A stretch of DNA of 13,406 nucleotides from a virus. Taxonomy: Duplodnaviria > Heunggongvirae > Uroviricota > Caudoviricetes. Under the pieces are notes generated by a model. The model was not told the DNA's origin. It worked only from the letters and a program-made list of their open reading frames with translations, and made no database searches. Location: the IMG/VR virus record IMGVR_UViG_3300031993_000049. One strand, 5' to 3'. The translations under genes were made by a program, and so were the position numbers. Positions 7,704-13,406 of the stretch are shown here, piece by piece; position 1 is the stretch's first letter, and each line of letters opens with the position of its first letter.

Positions 7704-8330
7704 ATGAGTACAAGAGCACACGTTATTATTACTAAAAAACAAGACAATTCAACAAATTTGTCAGTACACTTGAATCATCACTGTGACGGTTATCCCGACG
7801 GTGTTGGCAGCGATTTGGTATATATGCTTAAAGAATATATGCTTAAAGAAGCATCTAAACCCTGGGATCCAGAATCATTACAGAAATTTTTTAGTGAACA
7901 TGATAGCGATTATAGAATCGTTAATTTCGGTGTACAATGGGACCACGAATATTTCTACATCATTGACTGTGACAACAAGACACTGAAATGTTTTTACAAA
8001 GGTATCACTGATCCACACAGTGATTACGATTTAACTGAAGCAGAGGAAGAGGAAATTCCTGATAATATCTTCGACGGTAGACCACACGGTGAATTCAGTC
8101 TAAGCGAAGTAGAAGATGTAGATCCTTGGGATGATGACGATGAAGTAGATTGGGGATGGGAAGTTTTCAGACGACAAACAGCACAAAAAATAATGGCTAA
8201 TAATATCAAACTATCCGATATGGAGTATATGGTTGATGAGCAAGCCAGAAAATATGCAGCACAAATTGCTAAACGATCAATTATCGCTGCTGAGGAATTA
8301 ATCAGAGAATTGCATAAAACAAAAAAATAA
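7704..8330 (+). CDS. Hypothetical protein: MSTR...HxDGYP.GVG N-domain, acidic linker, helical C-domain
   Basis: Motif HHCDGYPDGVG and W/D..EY.Y.ID; acidic linker; C-terminal W..FRR..A......A..SIIAAEELIREL segment. Confidence 0.8.
   Translation: MSTRAHVIITKKQDNSTNLSVHLNHHCDGYPDGVGSDLVYMLKEYMLKEASKPWDPESLQKFFSEHDSDYRIVNFGVQWDHEYFYIIDCDNKTLKCFYKGITDPHSDYDLTEAEEEEIPDNIFDGRPHGEFSLSEVEDVDPWDDDDEVDWGWEVFRRQTAQKIMANNIKLSDMEYMVDEQARKYAAQIAKRSIIAAEELIRELHKTKK
7821..7850 (+). repeat. Perfect in-frame 15-bp tandem duplication (TATATGCTTAAAGAA x2)
   Basis: 7821-7835 equals 7836-7850; encodes YMLKE-YMLKE. Confidence 0.95.
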
Positions 8331-8341
8331 AATCGTATTTT

Positions 8342-8791
8342 ATGAAATTTAAAAAACAATGTTTTTCGACAGAATTAAGTAAACTTTATGGCAGAGACAA
8401 CTACCAATCTCATATCAAGGTTGGTAGAGAATATTGGTACTACTTTTCTAGAGACAAAGAATTTTCTGATGGCTGGTACAAAATTAAAGTAACATACGTT
8501 CGTAGTGGTTGTGCATTTTACGTTTTTTCTGATATGCCAGAATTAGCAGAGCGTTTTTTTCCAATTAATTGTTTCATGGCATCTGCATTGGTTTATGCTG
8601 ACATTAATCCAATTATAGACTTGGAAGATTTTGGAACTGAACTGGATAAAAAGATGTATCGTTTCGATACAGAACATACCATTGTTTATAATTGGCCAAA
8701 TGAAGAAGAAATCGAAATAGACGAAAAAACACAAGATTTTGATTTTGACTTTTTAGTTATTAATACAGTTTGCAAAAATATAGATGAATAA
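8342..8791 (+). CDS. Hypothetical protein (149 aa)
   Basis: ORF in the array; no family recognised. Confidence 0.75.
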   Translation: MKFKKQCFSTELSKLYGRDNYQSHIKVGREYWYYFSRDKEFSDGWYKIKVTYVRSGCAFYVFSDMPELAERFFPINCFMASALVYADINPIIDLEDFGTELDKKMYRFDTEHTIVYNWPNEEEIEIDEKTQDFDFDFLVINTVCKNIDE

Positions 8792-8793
8792 TT

Positions 8794-9036
8794 ATGACAT
8801 TTCAAGACGCATTTAATTGCCTGATGAATGGGCAGAAAGTAAGATGTAAACGTTGGCATCCAACTTATTACATCGAGTTTGATGGTGGTGGAATACACGA
8901 GTATTCCAATGATGACTATTATAAAGAGCGCCGCTTATTAAAAATAGTCCCCGAATGTGAAGAATATTTCAGTGTAAATGATATACGAAATGAGTGGGAA
9001 ATATATGACAAAGAATTAATGCCTTTAGTACAATGA
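8794..9036 (+). CDS. DUF2829/Tad2-like small protein (divergent)
   Basis: N-terminus MTF..A...L..G..V..K.W and C-terminus SVNDIRNEWEI mirror the M(T/N)F..A...LK.G..VARKGW ... S..D.LA.DW.I pattern of DUF2829; the NGKGMF segment is absent. Confidence 0.5.
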   Translation: MTFQDAFNCLMNGQKVRCKRWHPTYYIEFDGGGIHEYSNDDYYKERRLLKIVPECEEYFSVNDIRNEWEIYDKELMPLVQ

Positions 9037-9425
9037 CACAGGAAGAAAAAAATTTAATATTGGCTGATACTTATCCACGACTGCTGTATGGAGTGAAAGT
9101 TTTGTATACTCTTACTAATCGAGTAGATACTCTCCTTTCAATAGAGTCTCCTGGAAATTATTGCATCGTTGGAAATGAAGGATGTTCAAGAAGAGATTGG
9201 TTTGACGACTACAAAGTATTTCTTCGTCCAATGTCTTCAATGACTGAGGAAGAGAAGAAGGAGTATGATAATTTGCGAGCACATATTTGCGACGATTATA
9301 ATAGATACTGCTTTGACACGTATAAGTCTATTGATTGGCTTAATGAACATCATTTTGACTATCGAAATTTAATCGGAAAAGGGCTTGCACTTGAGGCACC
9401 AGAGGGAATGTATAAAAATAACTAA
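9033..9425 (+). CDS. Family A paralog 1 (MTQE...RL.YGV / LRPMSSM / HHFDYR.LI...LALEAP..MYK)
   Basis: Three conserved blocks shared with 9595-10053 and 11593-11988. Confidence 0.9.
   Translation: MTQEEKNLILADTYPRLLYGVKVLYTLTNRVDTLLSIESPGNYCIVGNEGCSRRDWFDDYKVFLRPMSSMTEEEKKEYDNLRAHICDDYNRYCFDTYKSIDWLNEHHFDYRNLIGKGLALEAPEGMYKNN
9336..9358 (+). repeat. 23-bp exact repeat between family A copies 1 and 2
   Basis: TGGCTTAATGAACATCATTTTGA at 9336-9358 and 9961-9983. Confidence 0.9.
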
Positions 9426-9427
9426 AT

Positions 9428-9598
9428 ATGGAGTGGTTTTATATAATACTAGTAATAGTTGGTATTGCTATAGTTATTACTATGGTTATTACATCTTTTA
9501 TTGTTGCAATTATGATTGACGAAAAACGACCATATAGTTTAACAAGTTTAGCCAGAAACCTTTTAGAAGAACTTGAAAAAGAACGTAAAAATTTATGA
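9428..9598 (+). pseudogene. Small single-pass membrane protein interrupted by in-frame TAG at 9536-9538 (36 aa if TAG is a stop, 56 aa if read through)
   Basis: MEWFYIILVIVGIAIVITMVITSFIVAIMIDEKTTI-TAG-LTSLARNLLEELEKERKNL-TGA; the final TGA forms an ATGA overlap with the next gene. Confidence 0.6.
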
Positions 9599-10053
9599 CA
9601 CAGGAAGATAAAGATTTATTAATTAAAGACTTATGTGCAAGGTTGCATTATGGAGTTAAATTCACTTTATCTGGTGATAGCATCTATACGATAAAAGGTA
9701 TTGATTTAATTGTTACAGATGAGGGTGATTGGGAATATGCAGTTACAGCAAAAGGCATTGAACCGATTGAGATTAAATATATTAAGCCTTATCTTCGTCC
9801 AATGTCAAGTATGATGCAGGGTGAATGGGAACAAATGACCGCATTAATTTATCCCTATGGTAGAGTTAACCGTAATCCAGAAAATAAAAATGAACTGCTA
9901 TTATGGTTGAATAAAGAAGGAAATGATATGCCAATTTCATTTATGGATAATGTATTTTCATGGCTTAATGAACATCATTTTGATTATCGAGGATTGATTG
10001 AACGTGATCTTGCTTTGGAAGCACCTGCAGATATGTATAAATATGATGAATAG
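9595..10053 (+). CDS. Family A paralog 2
   Basis: Same three blocks; longer variable segments; ends on TAG at the family-conserved position. Confidence 0.9.
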   Translation: MTQEDKDLLIKDLCARLHYGVKFTLSGDSIYTIKGIDLIVTDEGDWEYAVTAKGIEPIEIKYIKPYLRPMSSMMQGEWEQMTALIYPYGRVNRNPENKNELLLWLNKEGNDMPISFMDNVFSWLNEHHFDYRGLIERDLALEAPADMYKYDE

Positions 10054-10291
10054 AAGAGATTTAATAACCATTTCTATAATCTTAATGTGGGGTGGTTTTT
10101 GGATATTTCTTGCAGATAAATTTTGTGAGAGTATGACATCAAACGAAATTATTGTAACATTTGCTTGCACACTATTGATGATGTTGGTAAGTTTGATTGT
10201 TCTGATAGTTTTGAGTCTTCTTATAAAACCTTTCGGAGAATGGGGTGATAAGAAACTAATTAACAAAAGAAAGATTACACATCGCAGATGA
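10043..10291 (+). CDS. Small membrane protein, two predicted TM helices (82 aa)
   Basis: Hydrophobic stretches LITISIILMWGGFWIFL and IIVTFACTLLMMLVSLIVLIVLSLLI followed by a basic tail; start at ATG 10043 or 10046. Confidence 0.7.
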   Translation: MMNRRDLITISIILMWGGFWIFLADKFCESMTSNEIIVTFACTLLMMLVSLIVLIVLSLLIKPFGEWGDKKLINKRKITHRR

Positions 10292-10427
10292 CAACACCGT
10301 AGACCATGTTTGGAGAATTTCGTGTTATAAAGTATGCAGTACGTTTGGTGGGTGTTATAAAGAAGACATCGACGCTTGTAACCTTATGTTCTGTTTTTGG
10401 AATGAATTAAATGGATTAAAAAAATAA
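10260..10427 (+). pseudogene. Start-less Cys-rich reading frame (55 aa), possible gene remnant
   Basis: LTKERLHIADD...SCYKVC...GCYKE..AC..FCFWNELNGLKK*; fills the gap and ends 6 nt before the next ATG; no usable start codon near its 5' end. Confidence 0.3.
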
Positions 10428-10433
10428 AAAGAA

Positions 10434-10790
10434 ATGATTACAGAAGATTATGTTAGTTTTGAAACTGCGAAGTTGTTAATGGAGAGTGGATTTGATGTAG
10501 AAACATCTGCATCTATAAAAGTATTTGCTGGTCACAATTATGAAGTTAATGGTGAGTGGGTAACCCCAGAAAAAGATACAATAATTCCAACCCTTCAAAT
10601 GGCAATGAAGTGGTTGAGAAAAATGGGTTGGTTTATTCATATCGATGTCATTCGAGAGGTGTCCTGCTGGACAGCAGATATTCAAGATATAAAGAATGAT
10701 GTTGCCATTTATGCAGTCGAAGAAGAATTTCCTGATTATGAATCTGCATGTAAGGCTGCAATAAAGTATTGTTTAGAAAATTTGATTTAA
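10434..10790 (+). CDS. Family B paralog 1 (EDYVSFETAKLL / PTLQMAMKWLR / AAIKYCLENLI)
   Basis: Three conserved blocks shared with 10978-11370. Confidence 0.9.
   Translation: MITEDYVSFETAKLLMESGFDVETSASIKVFAGHNYEVNGEWVTPEKDTIIPTLQMAMKWLRKMGWFIHIDVIREVSCWTADIQDIKNDVAIYAVEEEFPDYESACKAAIKYCLENLI
10443..10465 (+). repeat. 23-bp exact repeat at the 5' ends of family B genes
   Basis: GAAGATTATGTTAGTTTTGAAAC at 10443-10465 and 10987-11009. Confidence 0.9.
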
Positions 10791-10791
10791 T
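10758..10791 (+). repeat. 34-bp exact repeat at the 3' ends of family B genes
   Basis: GCAATAAAGTATTGTTTAGAAAATTTGATTTAAT at 10758-10791 and 11338-11371, including the stop codon. Confidence 0.95.
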
Positions 10792-10792
10792 T

Positions 10793-10963
10793 ATGAGTTA
10801 CGCTGATGAACATAAATGTTGTTATGAATGCCAACATTATGTTGGGCCAACAGAGAATGAAGAATGGGATGAATATGGCACAGAAGGAATGTGTCCATTT
10901 GTTGGTGTTTATATTGATGCATTTAGCAGTGCTTGTGAAGAATTTTTAGGATATGATTATTAA
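10793..10963 (+). CDS. Small acidic Cys-motif protein (56 aa)
   Basis: CCYECQHY...GMCP...ACEEF; start at ATG 10793, 2 nt after the B1 stop. Confidence 0.75.
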   Translation: MSYADEHKCCYECQHYVGPTENEEWDEYGTEGMCPFVGVYIDAFSSACEEFLGYDY

Positions 10964-10977
10964 TAAAAGATAATATT

Positions 10978-11370
10978 ATGAATAACGAAGATTATGTTAG
11001 TTTTGAAACAGCAAAACTGTTAAAAGAGAAGGGATTTGATGAACCAACAGAATGGCTTTATGAAGAAGGTAAACCATATCGTATTGAAAGTGAAGGTTCA
11101 AATTCTCAATTATTGCCTGAATGTTATTCTGCTCCTACACTTCAAATGGCAATGAAATGGTTGAGGGAAAGGCATGAATTGTGCATAAACATAATTCACT
11201 ATGTAATGAGTCCCAGCAACATAATCGTATGGGAAAAGAGCATTACTGACTTTAGTGGAATTTCTAAAAATATGATGTTTATAGAACTTGAAGGTGATGG
11301 AGTAATATATGATACTTATGAGGAAGCAGCAGATGCAGCAATAAAGTATTGTTTAGAAAATTTGATTTAA
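10978..11370 (+). CDS. Family B paralog 2
   Basis: See 10434-10790. Confidence 0.9.
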   Translation: MNNEDYVSFETAKLLKEKGFDEPTEWLYEEGKPYRIESEGSNSQLLPECYSAPTLQMAMKWLRERHELCINIIHYVMSPSNIIVWEKSITDFSGISKNMMFIELEGDGVIYDTYEEAADAAIKYCLENLI

Positions 11371-11371
11371 T

Positions 11372-11566
11372 ATGACAGACTACATAAACAAAGATGAATT
11401 ACTAAAAGAAATAGAAAGACGTATTGAAGTAGAGATACCCTATGATGAAAACGGAGAAATTGCTTCATTTACTGGCCGTAACCATTATTTTACATTAAAC
11501 TCTATAAAAGAGTTTATTAATTCAATGGATGTATTAAGTTTAAATTTAAATTTGTATAAACGGTAA
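11372..11566 (+). CDS. Family C paralog 1 (I.KD.L..EI.+R ... HY..L..FINSM), 64 aa
   Basis: Matches the N-terminal ~50 aa of 12413-12859. Confidence 0.8.
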   Translation: MTDYINKDELLKEIERRIEVEIPYDENGEIASFTGRNHYFTLNSIKEFINSMDVLSLNLNLYKR

Positions 11567-11592
11567 TCTTATTAAAAACTAAAAGGAGAATT

Positions 11593-11988
11593 ATGACACA
11601 AGAAGATAAAGAACTATTATTGAAAGACCTTTGTGCAAGGTTGCGTTATGGTGTTTATATACATTTTAAGTCTAAATACAATTGCAATGTTGTAGTAGAT
11701 AAGTTAGAAAGTCCGATTTATGTATACATAGAAACACATTTAGATGATGATGATGGTGACATAGAGGTGATTAAACCATATCTCCGTCCAATGTCAAGCA
11801 TGACTGAAGAAGAAAGAGAAGAATATCATGGTTTGATGTGGACCGAGTACACAAAAGTTGGAGATAAATACTATAGACATACCATTGAATCCATTGATTG
11901 GCTTATTGCACATCATTTTGATTATCGTGGATTAATTGAAAAAGGGCTTGCTCTTGAAGCACCAGAAGATATGTATAAATTCGAATAA
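11593..11988 (+). CDS. Family A paralog 3
   Basis: Same three blocks as copies 1 and 2. Confidence 0.9.
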   Translation: MTQEDKELLLKDLCARLRYGVYIHFKSKYNCNVVVDKLESPIYVYIETHLDDDDGDIEVIKPYLRPMSSMTEEEREEYHGLMWTEYTKVGDKYYRHTIESIDWLIAHHFDYRGLIEKGLALEAPEDMYKFE

Positions 11989-11990
11989 TT

Positions 11991-12416
11991 ATGAAAGCAA
12001 CTGAACTTATGATTGGTGATTGGTTGAATGTTTCAAAATTGAACAAGCCAGTCCGTGTAGGTGCTGTATATCGAACGATGATCGTACCGAACCCAGACGA
12101 TGACGATGTTCATGCGTCGATTGGTGATGAATATCTTGAGCCGATAAAGTTGACTCCAGAAATATTAGAGAAGAACGGATGGAAGCATGAATTTGACAAA
12201 ACTGACTATATGGTTAAGTATGATCTTGGTAAAGAAGGAAAGAATTGTTGGATGATGTGGGCTATAAAAGAACATAACCTTGATATACAACGACAAGATG
12301 AAAATTTGGATATGTATAATCTCAAAGTGTCAAGAGTTGTAATTCCTTGTGATTATGTCCACGAACTCCAGCACGCTCTTAAACTTTGTGAAATTAAAAA
12401 AGAAATTGAATTATGA
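11991..12416 (+). CDS. Phage protein of the MKA.ELMIGDW / PI.LTPEILEKNG / YVHELQ family (possibly YopX-like)
   Basis: Motifs recalled from Bacteroidales phage proteins; the YopX relation is tentative. Confidence 0.7.
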   Translation: MKATELMIGDWLNVSKLNKPVRVGAVYRTMIVPNPDDDDVHASIGDEYLEPIKLTPEILEKNGWKHEFDKTDYMVKYDLGKEGKNCWMMWAIKEHNLDIQRQDENLDMYNLKVSRVVIPCDYVHELQHALKLCEIKKEIEL

Positions 12417-12859
12417 AACTAATAGACAAAGACGCTTTAGTAGCAGAGATAGACAAGAGAATGGAGCATTTAACTCCCCATGCAGGACAGGGAGTTATCT
12501 TAACAAAGGTTCTTAAAGACCACTATGAAGACTTGCGCAACTTCATTAACTCCATGAAGGAAGATCCTGCAAGTGAGGACTTGGAAGAAGAAATTTCTAA
12601 AACTGCGGAAGAACTTTTTGATGAGTTTTTCCCTCAAGATGGGGATTTAATTACACCATCCGATTTACGTAATGGGATCAAAAAAGTTGCCAAACATTTT
12701 GTCAACTGGCAAAAGCAGAAGATGATGAAAAATGCTATTGAATCTGACGTTAGGCTTGAAACACCTGTTGGCGATTATGTGTATGTTAGATGTTATGTAA
12801 AGAAAGAAAATCTTCAAGAACATGACAAAGTTAAAATAATAATATTAAATGAGGAATAA
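12413..12859 (+). CDS. Family C paralog 2 with additional C-terminal modules (148 aa)
   Basis: MKLIDKDALVAEIDKR...HYEDLRNFINSM, then SEDLEEEI, ..AKHF..WQKQKMMK.A, ..DKVKIII segments. Confidence 0.85.
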   Translation: MKLIDKDALVAEIDKRMEHLTPHAGQGVILTKVLKDHYEDLRNFINSMKEDPASEDLEEEISKTAEELFDEFFPQDGDLITPSDLRNGIKKVAKHFVNWQKQKMMKNAIESDVRLETPVGDYVYVRCYVKKENLQEHDKVKIIILNEE

Positions 12860-12861
12860 TT

Positions 12862-13086
12862 ATGGAAAATACAAAGAATGCATTTGAATTAACAGGGGAA
12901 AAGTATGGTATTGATTTAGTATCAGACAATGGTTATCCATGGGCAAAAGTTCTAGTAAATGAAAATCTTGCTCTTATTGGAATGTATGAAGACGGAAAAA
13001 TAGAAAAAAGTCTTTTTACTATTGACAGAGACGAGGCTAAACAACTTGTAAAAGTCCTTGATGCATTTGCACATGAATGGATTTAA
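12862..13086 (+). CDS. Hypothetical protein (74 aa; possibly 85 aa originally)
   Basis: The frame continues after TAA 13084-13086 as YKEFLDKLID to TAA 13117-13119. Confidence 0.75.
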   Translation: MENTKNAFELTGEKYGIDLVSDNGYPWAKVLVNENLALIGMYEDGKIEKSLFTIDRDEAKQLVKVLDAFAHEWI

Positions 13087-13120
13087 TACAAAGAATTTCT
13101 TGATAAACTAATAGATTAAA

Positions 13121-13406
13121 ATGAAAAAAGATAACAAAGAAATTGAGATTTATAAAGCAATCTTAAGACTTGATGGCATTGAAGAACCATTTCGGGAATT
13201 TGGACCGAATCACCCAAAAATTGGGGATTTTGTATCTCCTGATATGTATTACTCAAGCAACTTTATCTATAAACTGGAAAAACCAGGCTCAAGCAATCTA
13301 ACAAAAGATGAAGTGAAATCTTCTTACTGGGAATGTGTCGGAATTAGACATACCGAATATCATAAGTATATGAAGTTCAGGTCTGTTGATAAGATAAATG
13401 GAAAGA
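13121..13406 (+). CDS. Hypothetical protein, 5' part, truncated by the window end (MKKDNKEIEIYKAILRLDG...)
   Basis: ATG at 13121 with an open frame to the window end. Confidence 0.7.
   Translation, partial: MKKDNKEIEIYKAILRLDGIEEPFREFGPNHPKIGDFVSPDMYYSSNFIYKLEKPGSSNLTKDEVKSSYWECVGIRHTEYHKYMKFRSVDKINGK

Larger units (their letters stand above)
1..13406 (+). mobile_element. Segment of a large phage genome (accessory/early gene region), probable Bacteroidota host
   Basis: Single-strand, near gapless array of small hypothetical genes; several families I recall from gut Bacteroidales phages (MTQEDK..LCARL, EDYVSFETAKLL, MKATELMIGDW); scattered auxiliary metabolic genes; starts preceded by A/T-rich ATT-ATG without SD. 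No capsid, terminase or polymerase gene in the window. Confidence 0.8.

Noticed and set aside
1589-7986. Nested + strand alternate-frame ORFs (1589-1855, 2410-2604, 6099-6329, 7783-7986)
   Set aside because: They lie wholly inside motif-bearing or longer genes, with no independent evidence.
516-10685. All minus-strand ORFs in the track (e.g. 516-779, 1549-1923, 3722-3994, 8024-8359, 9958-10266)
   Set aside because: They are antisense shadows of well-supported + strand genes, with F/I/S/L-rich composition typical of reverse-read AT-rich codons and no motifs.
4864-10792. Longer starts given by the ORF track at 4864, 5122, 7129, 9998 and 10769
   Set aside because: Except 5122 (a TTG just upstream of a typical ATT-ATG), they overlap upstream genes deeply; ATGs at 4978, 5134, 7195, 10043 and 10793 match the local junction pattern.
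10443-11371. CRISPR array from the 23-34 bp repeats
   Set aside because: Each repeat has only two copies, ~550-625 bp apart, in frame within paralogous CDSs, with no spacer periodicity.
11539-11550. Palindrome TTTAAATTTAAA
   Set aside because: Low-complexity A/T palindrome inside a CDS, expected by chance.
9033-11988. Diversity-generating retroelement (TR/VR pair)
   Set aside because: No reverse transcriptase is in the window, there is no ~100-bp repeat pair, and mismatches are not adenine-specific.
1-13406. Window-wide genetic code 15 (TAG=Gln)
   Set aside because: Code 11 already gives near-complete coverage, long genes have no in-frame TAG, and A2 stops on TAG where its paralogs stop. 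Kept only as a local question at 9536.
1-13406. tRNA, rRNA or other structured RNA genes
   Set aside because: No intergenic space is large enough and no T-loop or other hallmark motif was seen; the only clear hairpin is the 3821 terminator.

Overview
AT-rich, densely packed window with about 33 genes, all on the + strand, mostly short hypothetical ORFs with ATGA or TAA-TT-ATG junctions and almost no Shine-Dalgarno sites. It reads as an accessory/early region of a large bacteriophage, probably of a Bacteroidota host (inference; no structural or replication hallmark gene is in the window). Left block (61-3858): nicotinate phosphoribosyltransferase (PncB), a Zn-ribbon protein, a 275-aa gene bracketed by a 19-bp direct repeat, an ADP-ribose-pyrophosphatase-like Nudix hydrolase, a signal-peptide-less GH43 and an intrinsic terminator. 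Middle block: a tandem gene duplicate, a CofE-like (F420:gamma-glutamyl ligase family) gene abutting a headless endonuclease-like remnant, and hypotheticals. Right block (8794-12859): a DUF2829/Tad2-like gene, then an interleaved array of paralog families (A x3, B x2, C x2). Families A and B have a constant-variable-constant-variable-constant layout with 15-34 bp blocks of exact DNA identity and mosaic relationships. Best candidates for new biology: a PncB+Nudix deamidated NAD+-salvage (anti-defence) module, a recombination-shuffled variable gene array, and a phage CofE-like ligase. All family calls are by-eye motif recognition; no searches were run.
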